The position numbers and the translations under genes were made by a program. Positions 1-15,769 of a stretch of 64,000 bases of DNA are shown piece after piece. Under the pieces are notes generated by a model. The model was given only the letters and a program-made list of their open reading frames with translations, ran no database searches and was not told the origin of the DNA. Position 1 is the first letter of the stretch. Each line of letters begins with the position of its first letter. Source of the DNA: the human T2T-CHM13v2.0 reference genome, Homo sapiens; contig CP086569.2 of the NCBI GenBank assembly GCA_009914755.4, forward strand, positions 20,928,001 through 20,992,000, written 5' to 3'.

Positions 1-350
1 TTCTCTGTTTCAAGGGAGAGGCCTGGTAGCAGGTGATTGGATCATGGGAGTGGTTTTCCCTCATTCTCTTCTTGTGATAATCTGATTGTGAGAGCTCTCA
101 TCATGAGTTCTCCTGAGATATGATGGTTTTACAGGTGATTGGTTTTCCTTCTTTGCTTACACTCTATCCTGCTGCCTTTTAAAAAAGGAGATGTTTGCTT
201 CCTCCTTTGCCATAATTTTGCGTTTCCTGAGGCCTCCCCAGCCATGTGGAATTGGGAGTCAATTAAACCTCCTTTATTGATTAACTAACCAGTCTCAGGT
301 AGTATCTTTATAGCAGTGTGAGAATGAACTAATACAACCATCATGTGGTT
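1..350 (+). mobile_element. MaLR LTR (THE1/MST-like), truncated at the window edge
   Basis: Characteristic THE1/MST blocks are present: GTGATTGGATCATGGGAGTGGTTTTCCC, ...GAGATATGATGGTTTTAC..., CCTGAGGCCTCCCCAGCCATGTGGAATTGGGAGTCAATTAAACCTCCTTT and CAGTCTCAGGTAGTATCTTTATAGCAGTGTGAGAATGAACTAATACA. Recognised from memory of the consensus, not by alignment. Confidence 0.55.
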
Positions 351-2016
351 TTCCTCTCCAAGTAGACTCTGGAGGACGTTGGTGCTAAGCCTGAACTGGG
401 GAGGACTATGGTTCTTTTAGACTGAAGTCAAGAAATTAAGTACAAGGTACTCTGTTGATTACAAGAATCAGATGTGTATACTCTATGCAATACCTCTTAC
501 TATATAGAATAATTGCATTGCAAATACCAAATTTTTATACATACTGAAAAGTTATTGTTTTTTCTGATATTGTTTTTGAATATTAGATATCAAATCAAAT
601 ATTGTTAAGTATTGAAAATAACTTAAAAATTAAACTTTACTTTGGTGCCTGAATTTATATTTGATAAATCTCATAATCCCAATTAACATAAACAAACCCT
701 GGGATCTAGGAATCCCAGGATTAGTATACCACCTACTAAACATGGTATAGACATAGGAGAGTTGGAATAGAAAAAAAAATGAGTAATGCATTTTGGTCTG
801 AGTGTAAAGGTAAATTGTGTCCTAAGTGACAGCATCAAAATATAAATCTGACGGAACATCTCAGATTAGTATAAACAGTTACTGCTTGTCCTTCGTCTGA
901 AAGTGAAGTTCCTTAGAACTCTTAGAAATAGACAATACATATTAAGTTCATCTTCCTTATTGGCACTTCCATCTTAGAATATCCTTAATATTGTAAACCA
1001 CAAAACATATATATAATCATAGAAATATTGAGGGAAACAACACCATTAAAAGGACCAAGAAACAGTCATTAATCACAAGGTTGATGGGTTTAGATTTGGT
1101 TTTATAAAAGAACTATAATGAAAAAAATTATTTACAAATAACTATGTGTGTGTGTGCACGCGTGCTTGGCCTAAGTATAATGTAAAAACATCCCAGAAAA
1201 AGTAGAAATAACGAATTTAGAGAATTTCCTTTATGGTAGAAGAATGCTATATAGTTCACCTTTGCAAAACATTACCTTATGACATCATTATTTAAATAAT
1301 ATTAAAGTATTAAAAGCAAACTAATATTTTGCCCAAATTAAAAACAAACATAGAGAAGTGTGATTAAATTCTGGGGAATTTGTTCACATTCACTGAGCCT
1401 TAAAAGAATTGTTTATAAATTGATAAAATTAGTTAATAATTTAAATGTAATATCCAAAAATAACAAATTTCATCTTAAAATCCATACATTTATATGCTTA
1501 TATTAATCTAATTTATACGTTATCCAGAAACAGCTCCTGATTAGTTATCATTTAGTGAGATAAAGAAGGAAAATATAACAGACTTACAGAAATTATTCAG
1601 GAAAACCTGCCTTCTCCAACCACCTCAGTCTTGAGCATTTGCTGTTACTGAAACTGAGAAAAAGACACACAGCTGAGTCTTGGGGTTATTCTGTGTATGT
1701 AAATTATGGTCCCAAGGACATGGTATAAGGAAGGAATGCCACTGGTTTATCTCCCTCCAGGTCGATAACTATCAAGCTGTCTGTAGAAGCAGAAGAGCTC
1801 TAACTCTGTGACTGTTAGGAAGAGCGGACACCAAAGGGAAAATTGAACTTATCTAATTAATGGCAAACAGGAGAGTAGCAACAGCTGGATTCCAAACTTT
1901 ATATGAGTTCATTTTCTTAGGTATGTATACCAGGTTTCTTGTCTGGTCACAGCTCTTGGCAACAAAACATATGTTAAACAATAACTCTGACTCAATCTAA
2001 AAAAAAAAAAATCATC

Positions 2017-2340
<324 letters not shown>

Positions 2341-2504
2341 TCATGTTGGATTATCCAGTATATCCTCCTTATCTCAGCAGATTTCTGGTGGCCTTCACAC
2401 AGGTTCTCTAGTGGTCCCTGGATTTCAGGGTCATAAGTAGTTTTTATACCAGTATCTTAAAAATAAATACAATGACCCGTGCTCCAGACCTACATATGTG
2501 AAGA

Positions 2505-2531
2505 GCTTTTTTTTTTTTTTTTTTTTTTTTT
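2505..2531. repeat. poly(T) homopolymer of ~27 nt, with a second T-run at 2594-2611
   Basis: Seen directly in the sequence. No Alu body is attached, so the source is unknown. Confidence 0.9.
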
Positions 2532-2893
2532 CCCTAGAAGGTGAAACCCACCCTGAGTCAGGGCACCTAGGAAAGGAAGCAGAATGCAGACGTCTTTTTT
2601 TTTTTTTTGCTGTATCTCAGCCTATTGAGGGAGGTGTATTTTGGGAGACAGGAAAAAAACTTCCACTCAGGCAACATGGAGAGTTGTAATTTGCAGTGTC
2701 TTTACCATGTTACCTTATTTCAACTTGAACATCTAAGGTCTCATAGAGGATCTTCTGTGACCCTATGCTTCAGCCTCTTCTGTTACTTATACTCACAGGA
2801 AAGTTTCACTTTAAACACTCGAATTTACACTGTGTGAAATAATATGATTTGAGCACCAGAGGCAACTGTTTTATATGCTTCTGCAATGAACAT

Positions 2894-3010
2894 CAACCAC
2901 ACATTTGTTTGGAGTATTCTTCATTTCAACCCTAACATTAACCACACATTTGTTTGGACTATACTTAATTTCAACCCTAACCTTAATGATAACTGACACA
3001 TTTGTGAGAC
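2894..3010. repeat. Local tandem duplication, ~47-bp unit x ~2.3
   Basis: CAACCACACATTTGTTTGGAGTATTCTTCATTTCAACCCTAACATTA is followed by ACCACACATTTGTTTGGACTATACTTAATTTCAACCCTAACCTTAATGA, then by ...CTGACACATTTGTGAGAC. Confidence 0.6.
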
Positions 3011-5331
3011 TTTTTAAAATAAAATATTGTCTGCTTTTAAAGGGATCAGTTTCCGTCACTGAACATATGGATCTTTTTCCAGGACATAATGTTTAATTAT
3101 ATTTGACTTTAGACTGGTGTCCCTCTCATGTGCCATTTTTGATGCTCTAACAAATTCTTCATTTGGATAAAGTCAGAATCACTCTCCCCACTTCTACAGT
3201 TTCTAATTATAATTCTTTCTGCCATCTTCAACCTAGTCCACTATCTGTCATCACTATGACACTGCTGCCCAACATAGTCATCATTCTTAGGTCTTGAATT
3301 CTTTTTCTGCATAGAAGATTTTTAACTCCTCCCTTATGTGTGTATATGCATGTATTTCAGTTCTCAAAAAAAAAAAAAAAACTGTCCACCAAGAATTCTA
3401 TACTCATTGCATGTAAACTTCATATTCAATTGACAGAAAACTGAGATGCTTCATTAATAGCACGCAGACTTTATGGAAAATACTGGAAAACAGTTGTTCA
3501 TATAAAGAGCAAATACTCCCAGAAAATAATTTATATGAATAAGAAAGACAAAGAGTACTGTTAAAGCAACTTGTAAGACAATTTTGTGACTATTTCCTGT
3601 TTTAACTGATTTTACAAACAAATATATGATGCTGTTTATAATAGTATCCTTGGTGCTAAGTCATATAGAAATTCAATGTAATTGCAAATAACAACCTAGG
3701 GGAGGTAGATAAAAGAAAAGGCATATTTGGCTAAAAAATATGTTCAGATAATAACTTGAATCCATAAACAATGAGAAAAAAATTGGAAAACAGGAAAACT
3801 TAACATTTCAAAATTGTAAATATGTAAATGTTCTTCTTTCTTCTTTATGCTTATTTAAAACAAACATATATAACCAAGTAACTGTTAAGAACAGGTTTTT
3901 CAATTTGTAGCATGTCTAAATGCAATAAGTATAACATTACTGCCACAAAAATGAGGAAAAGGGAAATAAAGATGTACAAGAGTGACATTTCTATAAGAAG
4001 AATATAGAAATAAGATGCAATATTTTAGTACCTGTATACATTGTGTAATAATCACATTAATATAATTAGCGTGTACCATTATCACATATCAATCACAAAC
4101 AAAACAATACTTTAAAATAATACTGAAAATCCATTGTATAAATTAAAAGTCATAAGAAAAACTTTCACTTAATGGAAATAAAAAACAGTAAAGGTGAAAT
4201 AAAGAATAAAAAAAGAACTAGAAAACAAAAAGTAAGTGTGCCCATGTGTTACAATCTCTCCAGTACACCACAACATAACAGTCTCTTATTGTGAAATATC
4301 GCCCATAGTTTTTTTGGTCAAAGGTGTTTCTATGTTAGTTCTAATTTACGTATCAGAGTAGTTCCAGGCATGCTTTTAGACACAAAGGACAAAGTCGTTT
4401 TTCTGTTGAGCCTCATTCTGTTTCGTGAGTAGCCAGAGGTTTGTGCTAGCGTCCTTATCTGTGCCTGCAGGCTGATTTTTCAGGCTGTTTCTCTGTTTAA
4501 AGAAGTTTAATCAAGACTCATCCTAACTACCTAATGTTTCTCTCTCACATGCACAATGGGTAAATATATGTAACTTCTATCTCATGTTCACCTTGAGGCA
4601 GGGTTTTAGCAATAAAGATAAGACAGAATTTTGCTTTTATATCAAAGGTGAATTATAGAATACAGAGATAGTTTGTGTATAATCTGTACAAGCTAATTGA
4701 AACTGGCAAGGGCCACAGTCTCTAATTGGAAGAGTGTTTGTAAGGTCACCCACTTTCCAGTCAGCATTTCAGTAATTTGGGTTTTAAATTTGAGTAAGGA
4801 TGGGGGTCTGAAAATTTGACTAATGGCTCCTATTGTTAGAGAATATAATGAGAGTGTGTTTTGTCTTGTAGCTCTAAGAATTTAGAAATTTGCCATGCCA
4901 TCCAGGCCATGAACTTTAAACTCACAGATAACTTTTGGTAACCTTAGTGCCCTTCTGAATTAATAAGAACACAAGTTAGATCACATCTAAGGAGAACTCA
5001 CAGCAATAAATTTCTTTCTTAAAAATGAAGAAAAATCTCAAATCAATGGCTTAATATTTGTCAAAAACATTTAAGTGATAGTGAACTGCCAAGCAAACCT
5101 GGTGCAAAGGTTATGATTTGGAAAAAGTCATGCTGGAAAACTCTAGGAGGAAATACTGGAGAATAAGACCCTTGGAGGGAATTTCAGAGGCCCAAGGCAG
5201 AGGAGGACCAGGTTTGGTAAGGAAAGACCAAGGAAGATCTTCGGCTCTCACTAGTCTTTGACCTTCAAATTCTGCACAGAAAGTAAAGGCAAAGGCCAAG
5301 TACTTTCTGGCTGACTGGCAAAGGCCTGCCC

Positions 5332-5334
<3 letters not shown>

Positions 5335-5378
<44 letters not shown>
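5335..5378. repeat. (AC)n dinucleotide microsatellite, ~22 repeats
   Basis: An uninterrupted ACACAC... run. It produces the poly-Cys/Val artefact ORF at 5111..5407 on the minus strand. Confidence 0.95.
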
Positions 5379-5380
<2 letters not shown>

Positions 5381-5382
5381 CT

Positions 5383-8070
5383 TCAGGCCAATATCTCTGA
5401 TGAACATAGATACAAATTAAATCTAGCAGCCTATCCAAAAGCTAATTGTTTATAGACAAGTAGGATTTATCCTTGGGATGCAAGGTTGATTCAATGTATG
5501 CATATTAATAAATCTGATTCATCACATAAACAAAACTAAAAATAAAGATGTGATTATCTCAATAGATGCATAGAAGGTTTTAGGTAAAATTTCACATACT
5601 GTTGGGTATGGTGGCTCATGTCTATAATCTCAATACTTTAAGAGGCCTAGGCAGGTGGATTACCTGAGGTCAAGAGTTCGAGATCAGCCTGACCAACATG
5701 GTGAAACCCTGTCTGTACTATAGATAAAAAAACTAACTGAGTGTGGTGGTGCATGCCTGTAATCCCAGCTACTTGGGGAACTGAGGCAGGAGAATTGCTT
5801 GAATCTGGGAGGTGAAAGTTGCGGAGCTGAGATCGTACCATTGCACTTCAGCCTGGGCAACAAGAGGAAAATTCCATCTCAAACAAAAAAAAAAAAAAAA
5901 AGGAATTTATATCCCTTTAGGTTGAAAACCCTCAACAAAGTATTATAAGAACATAACTTGTTTTATTAAGAGCAACTTTTGACAAATTCATAGTCAACAT
6001 CATAGTGATGGAAAAAAAAGCTAGAAACATTCCCTCTGAAATCTAGAACAAGACCTGGATGCTCATTCTCACCACTTCTATTGAACCCAGTCCTGGAAAT
6101 CATGGTAATCAGCCAAGAGAAAGAAATGGAAAACAGTCAAATAGAAAGAGAAGAAGTCATACTGATTTTCTTTACAGATTATGTAATTCTACACTGAGAA
6201 AATTCAATAGTCTCTGCCCAGAGGCTTCTAGAACTGACAAACAACTTCTGTAAAATTTCAGCATAAAAAAATGAACATAGATGCAAATTGAATCTAGCAG
6301 CCTATCCAAAAGAAATTCTACTGATATACAAAAATCAGTAGCAATTTCACAAAACAACTATTTCCAACTGAAAGCCGTAACAAGGAGGCAATTCTACTCA
6401 CAATAGCCACATAAAGAATAAAATACCTAGAAACACAGATAACTAAGGAGATAAAAGATCTCTACAGTGAGAATTACAAAACACCTCAAAAGAAATTACA
6501 GATTACAAACAAATGAAAATGCTTTCCATTTTACTTTCCTATCCTATCCTTAATAGATAGGAAGCATCAATATTGATAAAATGGCCATACTGTTCAAAGC
6601 AATTTACAAATTCAATGCAATTCCTATCAAACTACCAGTCTCATTTTTTGCATAATTAAAAACAAATTCTAAAATGTATATAAAACCAAAAAAGAAGACC
6701 AAGCAGTCAAAGCAATTCTAAGGAAAAACAAACAGACAAACAGCTGGTACCGGTACAAAAATAAAGACCTAGACAAATGGAATAAGTTACAGTGACCAGA
6801 AATAAAGCTGCAAAACTATTTTGTCCAAGCCAAAAGTAACAAGCAATGAATAAACATCCTCCTATTCAATAAAGTGTTTGTGAATAACTGGCTAGCCATA
6901 TGCAGAATATTGAAACTGAACTTCTTCATTTTAGTATGTACAAAAATAAAGTCAAGATAAATTAAAGAATTAAATGTAAGCCCTAAAACTAGAATAATCC
7001 TGGGAGAAAATCTAGGAAATACCATTCTGGATTCCTAGGCAAATATTTCATGACAAAGTCTCCAAAAGTAGTTGCAGGAAAAACAAAAATGGACTTGAAG
7101 GACCTAATTATGTAAAAGAGATTCTTCAGAGCAAAAGAAGTTATCAACAAAATAAGCAGACAAACCTAGAGAATTGGGTAAAATATGCAAACTATCCATC
7201 CCACAAAGGACTGATACATAGAGTCTATAAGAAAATAAGAAAAATGTGGGCAAAGGATATAAGGAGACACTTCTCAAAAAATATATATATATATGCAGCC
7301 AACAAACATGAAAAAAAATTAAAAAGCTCAACATCCCTAATCATCAGAGAGAAGTAAATGAGACCCATAATGAGATACCATTTCCTGCTAGTTAGAATAA
7401 ATATTATTCAAAATTCAAAAAATAACAGATGGTGGGGTTGTGGAGAAAAGAAAATGCTTATACACTGTTGGTGGAAATGCAAATTTTTAGTAGTTCAGCC
7501 ACTGTGGAAAACTATTTGACATTTTCTCACAGAACTTAAACCAGAAGTACCATTTGACCTCCCCAAAAAACTCATTACTCAAAGTAATATAAATAGTTAT
7601 ACCCAAAAGTCACATGAACTAATGTGTTCGTTGCAGTACATTTGCAATAGCAAAGACATGGAATTACCGAAAATGCCCATCAAAGGTGGGCATTATACAC
7701 AATGGACTACTGTGCAGCTATAAAATATATATCTCTATGTGTCCAACTTAGATGCAGCTGGAGGCTGTTATCCTGAGCACATTAAATGAGAAACCAAAAA
7801 CCAAATACCATATATCTCATTTATAACTAAGAGCTAAACATTGAATACACATAGACACAAAAAGGTGAATACATCCTGGAACATACTTGAGAATGGAAGG
7901 TAGGAGGAGGGTAAGCGTTTAAAAAACTACTTATCAGGTACTGTCCTACTACCTGGTTGATGAAATTATTTGTAAATTAAACGTCACTGGCACAAAATTT
8001 ATTCTGGTAACAAATCTGCACATCTACTCTTTGAACCTAAAATAAAAGTTAAAAAAAAATTAAATAAATA
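5383..8070 (+). mobile_element. Old L1 (L1PB/L1M-like) ORF2 and 3'UTR remnants: two partly overlapping pieces, 5383-6260 and 6262-8070
   Basis: Translation gives recognisable L1 ORF2 motifs (..[16 protein letters not shown].., [35 protein letters not shown].., later MRYHFLLVRI..GCGEK..LIHCWWKC). The ~55-bp segment TGAACATAGATnCAAATTnAATCTAGCAGCCTATCCAAAAG occurs twice, at 5393 and 6268, so there are two pieces. It ends in an A-rich tail at 8040-8070. Divergence from L1HS is well above 10%. Confidence 0.7.
5602..5901 (+). mobile_element. Alu SINE (AluS-like) inserted inside the old L1 ORF2 remnant
   Basis: TTGGGTATGGTGGCTCATGTCTATAATC...GGAGGCCTAGGCAGGTGGATTACCTGAGGTCAAGAGTTCGAGATCAGCCTGACCAACATGGTGAAACCCTGTCT...GCCTGGGCAACAAGAGGAAAATTCCATCTC, followed by (A)~20. 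L1 ORF2 sequence continues on both sides. Confidence 0.9.
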
Positions 8071-8400
8071 GGCTGAGTGTGGTGTCTCACATTTGTAATC
8101 CCAGCACTTTGAGAAGCCAAGGTGGGTGGATCACGAAGTCAGGAGATTGAGATCATCCCAGCCAGCATGGTGAAACCCATCTCTAGTAAAACATAGAAAA
8201 TTAGCTGGGCATGTTAGTGAATTCCTGAAATCTGAGCTACTCAGGAGGCTGAGGCATGGGAATCACTTGAACCTGGAAGGCAGAGATTGCATTGAGCCAA
8301 AATAGTGCCACTGTACTCCAGCCTGGTGACACAGCAAGACTTCATCTTAAAAAAAAATAAAATTAAAAATAAATACATACATAAATAAATAAATAAATAG
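8071..8400 (+). mobile_element. Alu SINE, diverged, with an A-rich (AAAT)n-type tail
   Basis: GGCTGAGTGTGGTGTCTCACATTTGTAATCCCAGCACTTTGAGAAGCCAAGGTGGGTGGATCACGAAGTCAGGAGATTGAGA...CCAGCCTGGTGACACAGCAAGACTTCATCTT, then AAAAAAAATAAAATTAAAAATAAATACATACATAAATAAATAAATAAATAG. It abuts the polyA end of the upstream old L1. Confidence 0.9.
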
Positions 8401-9054
8401 GAAGCATTATTTACTATAAAAAATTTTAGAATAAAAATCTTCAATTTTAAAATGGTTTTGCAAAGTAATATTCCTAATTCCTAACATTCAGTATGCGATT
8501 ATGTACATTTATATATGAGAGAGTACAAATGTGGTAAGATACTAATGATTTGGAAACCTGGGTAAATAAAATATAAAATCTTAAAATACGTTTCTCATAA
8601 TTTATCTGTAAATTTGAAATTCAAAATAAGTTACTACAGTTGGTCAATCCAAAATGGAGTAGTCATAATAATAATAAGGTAATTAATAAGTAAACCAAGG
8701 ATGAAGGATATTTAGAGCTTCAGGAGGTAAGGCTATATAAAGTCTTTAGGGAGTGCAGCAAATTGAATTAAATTCTGAATTGTACATAGGGTTTTTATAA
8801 TAAGAATAGAGGGAGAAAAAAGGGAGTTTCTGTTCACATAAACAATAACAAAATATTTTAGAAATGAAGACGTTGTGCTTGGAAAATCATAAGTAGACTG
8901 GGTAGGCTGGAGTGGAGAGCTCATGGTGAGAAATAAGTAGGAGATGGGTTGAAAATATGAAAGAGCTCAGAGCATGAATGGTGCATCAACATAAAGCAGA
9001 ATAAATTAGGGTTTGACCTCATTTTCATTGGAGTTTACAGAGCAAAATTGCAAG

Positions 9055-9250
9055 AATAGCAAAATGGAGAGTAATTACTTCATTTATTAAAAATTTTATT
9101 TGTTGAGCTTTTTGTTTTTAATGCAACCTTAAGCAAGAAAATGTGTCAAGGAAAGCAAAATAGAGAATAATGACTTCGTTTTTTATTTTCTTTGTTCAGG
9201 TTTTTGTCTTTAAAGCAACTGTACCTAAGAAAATATGTCAATTAAAGCTT
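9055..9250. repeat. Imperfect ~95-bp local tandem duplication (2 copies)
   Basis: GCAAAATGGAGAGTAATTACTTCATTTATTAAAAATTTTATTTGTTGAGCTTTTTGTTTTTAATGCAACCTTAAGCAAGAAAATGTGTCAAGGAAA compared with GCAAAATAGAGAATAATGACTTCGTTTTTTATTTTCTTTGTTCAGGTTTTTGTCTTTAAAGCAACTGTACCTAAGAAAATATGTCAATTAAA. Confidence 0.4.
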
Positions 9251-9467
9251 ATCATCAGTTTAATGTTACTCTAAGACCCTCATTATTTTGGGACAACTTC
9301 ATCTAGTAAATAAATATACATTACATACTTACTACAGTTTATTGAGCACTCTCAAACCAAAATTCACCTAAGCTTTTTAAACTTGCTCTTCTTTCTCAAG
9401 GAAAACTTCTTCCAAAAGGAAATTATATTTATTTCATTTCATTTCATTTATTATCTTTTTGGTTTTA

Positions 9468-9478
9468 AAGAAATAGCT
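9468..9478. repeat. Upstream target-site duplication of the full-length L1 (AAGAAATAGCT)
   Basis: The same 11-mer (12 if a leading A is counted) recurs at 15621-15631, immediately after the L1 polyA tail. Upstream context TTTT|AAAG fits the L1 endonuclease TTTT/AA preference. Confidence 0.85.
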
Positions 9479-10515
9479 GGGGGAGGAGCCAAGATGGCCG
9501 AATAGGAACAGCTCCGGTCTACAGCTCCCAGCCTGAGCGACGCAGAAGATGGGTGATTTCTGCATTTCCATCTGAGGTACCAGATTCATCTCACTAGGGA
9601 GTGCCAGACAGAGGGTGCAGGACAGTGGGTGCAGCACACCATGCACCAGCCAAAGCAGGGTGAGGCATTGCCTCACTTGGGAAGTGCAAGGGGTCAGGGA
9701 ATTCCCTTTCCTGGTCAAGGAAAGAGGTGACAGACAGCACCTGGAAAATAGGGCCACTCCCATCTGGATACTGTGCTTTTCCAAAGGTCTTAGGAAATGG
9801 CACACCAGGAGATTATATCCCGCACCTGGCTCAGAGGGTCCTACACCCATGGAGTCTTGCTGATTGCTAGCACAGCAGTCTGAGATCAAACTGTAACATG
9901 GCAGCGAGGCTGGGGGAGGGGTGCACACCATTGCCCAGGCTCCCTTAGGTAAACAAAGCAGCCGGGAAGCTCCAACTGGTTGGAGCCCACCACAGCTCAA
10001 GGAGGCCTACCTGCCTCTGCAGGCTCCACCTCTGGGGGCAGGGCACAGAAAAACAAAAAGACAGGAGTAACCTCTGTAGACTTAAATGTCCCTGTCTGAC
10101 AGCTTTGAGGACAGCAGTGGTTCTCCCAGCATGCAGCTGGAGATCTGAGAATGGGCAGACTGCCTCCTCAAGTGGGTCCCTGACCCCTGAACCCCGAGCA
10201 GCCTAACTGGGAGGCAGCCCCCAGTAGGGGCAGACTGACACCTCACATGGCCGGGTACTCCTCTGAGACAAAACTTCCAGAGGAATGATCAGACAGCAGC
10301 ATTTGCGGATCACTAAAATCCGCGGTTCTGCATACACTGCTACTGATACCCAGGCAAACAAGGTCTGGAGTGGACCTCTAGCAAACTCCAACAGACCTGC
10401 AGCTGAGGGTCCTGTCTGTTAGAAGGAAAACTAACAAACAGAAAGGACATCCGCACCAAAAACCCATCTGTACATTGCCATCATCGAAGACTAAAACTAG
10501 ATAAAACCACAAAGA
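9479..10515 (+). promoter_or_regulatory. L1PA 5'UTR, with internal RNA pol II sense promoter and antisense promoter region (decayed copy)
   Basis: Position within the element and homology to the L1PA 5'UTR. Functional status is unknown. CpG decay suggests it is old and inactive. Confidence 0.6.
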
Positions 10516-11531
10516 CTGGGAAAAAAACAGAGCAGAAAAACTGGAAACTCTAAAAAGCAGAGTGCCTCTCCTCCTCCAAAGGAATGCAGTTCCTCACCAG
10601 CAATGGAACAAAGCTGGATAGAGAATGACTTTGACGAGTTGAGAGAAGAAGGCTTCAGATGATCAAACTACTCCGAGCTACAGGAGGAAATTCAAACCAA
10701 AGGCAAAGAAGTTGAAAACTTTGAAAAAAAATTTAGGCAAATGTATAACTAGAATAACCAATACAGAGAAGGGCTTAAGGGAGCTGATGGAGCTGAAAGC
10801 CAAGGCTCGAGAACTACGTGAAGAATGCAGAAGCCTCAGGAGCCAATGTGATCAACTGGAAGAAAGGGTATCTGTGATGGAAGATGAAATCAATGAAATG
10901 AACTGACAAGGGAAGTTTAGAGAAAAAAGAATAAAAAGAAATGAACAAAGCCTCCAAGAAATATGGGACTATGTGAAAAGACCAAATCTACATCTGATTG
11001 GTGTACCTGAAAGTGACGGGGAGAATGGAACCCAGTTGGAAAACACTCTGCAGGATATTATCCAGGAGAACTTCCCCAATCTAGCAAGGCAGGCCAACAT
11101 TCAGATTCAGGAAATACAGAGAATGCCACAAAGATACTCCTCGAGAAGAGCAACTCCAAGACACATAATTGTCAGATTCACCAAAGTTGAAATGAAGGAA
11201 AAAATGTTAAGGGGAGCCAGAGAGAAAGGTCGGGTTACCCACAAAGGAAGCCCATCAGACTAACAGCGGATCTCTAGGCAGAAACTCAACAAGCCAGAAG
11301 AGAGTGGCAGCCAATATTCAACATTCTTAAAGAAAATAATTTTCAACCCAGAATTTCGTATCCAGCCAAACTACACTTTATAAATGAAGGAGAAATAAAA
11401 TACTTTACAGACAAGCAAATGCTGAGAGATTTTGTCACCACCCAGCCTGCCCTAAAAGAACTCCTGAAGGAAGCACTAAATATACAAAGTCACAACTGGT
11501 ACCAGCCACTGCAAAATCATACCAAAATGTA
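10516..11531 (+). pseudogene. L1 ORF1 (ORF1p) remnant, with start codon lost and internal stops
   Basis: The position homologous to the ORF1 ATG reads ACTGGGAAAAAAACAGAGCAG (ATGGGG changed to ACTGGG). There is an in-frame TGA at about 10641 (..GFR*). The track shows only pieces (10712-10906 ...ECRSLRSQCDQLEERVSVMEDEINEMN*, and 10973-11263 ...IGVPESDGENGTQLENTLQDIIQENFPNLARQANIQIQEIQRMPQRYSSRRATPRHIIVRFTKVEMKEKMLRGAREKGRVTHKGSPSD*). The ORF1 stop homologue CCAAAATGTAAAGACC lies at ~11529. Confidence 0.8.
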
Positions 11532-11595
11532 AAGACCATCGAGATTAGGAAGAAACTGCATCAACTCAAGAGCAAAATAACCAGCTAACATCATA

Positions 11596-15394
<3,799 letters not shown>

Positions 15395-15620
15395 ACAATG
15401 AGAACAGATGGACACAGGAAGGGGAATATCACACTCTGGGGACTGTTGTGGGGTGGGGGGAGGTGGGAGGGATAGCATTAGGAGATATAACTAATGCTAA
15501 ATGACAAGTTAATGGGTGCAGCACACCAGCATGGCACATGTATACGTATGTATGAAACCTGCACATTGTGCACATGTACCCCAAAACTTAAAGTGTAATA
15601 ACAATAAAAAAAAGAAAAAA

Positions 15621-15631
15621 AAGAAATAGCT
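15621..15631. repeat. Downstream TSD copy of the full-length L1 (AAGAAATAGCT)
   Basis: Identical to 9468-9478. GGTTTTAA-like flank is also present on both sides. Confidence 0.85.
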
Positions 15632-15769
15632 TTAGGTTTTAATTTTAGAAACAATTAAGAATTCAGACTTATTTATTTATGATAAGGATAGTTTTGGTTT
15701 GTTTGTTTTTTTTTAATCCAAATCTAGTTACAGATTTTCCTTGCAAATTTCTCCACAAGTGTTTTTTTA

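Noticed and set aside
2505-2611. Two long poly-T runs as tails of a reverse-oriented SINE or SVA
   Set aside because: No Alu or SVA body is adjacent on the expected side. It is probably expanded homopolymers or remnants of very old elements.
4300-4900. A possible unclassified LTR or DNA-transposon fragment (..TGTGCCTGCAGGCTGATTTTTCAGGCTGTTTCTCTGTTTAAAG..)
   Set aside because: I could not match it to any consensus I know, and I saw no terminal repeats or TSD, so it is left unannotated.
5111-5407. 98-aa minus-strand ORF containing a (CV)n stretch
   Set aside because: It is produced by translating the (AC)22 microsatellite. It is not coding.
9421-9450. (ATTTC)n-like pentamer (ATTTCATTTCATTTCATTTA) just upstream of the L1, as a possible HSATII/(CATTC)n satellite seed
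   Set aside because: There are only about 3.5 units. It is too short to call a satellite and is likely chance in AT-rich DNA.
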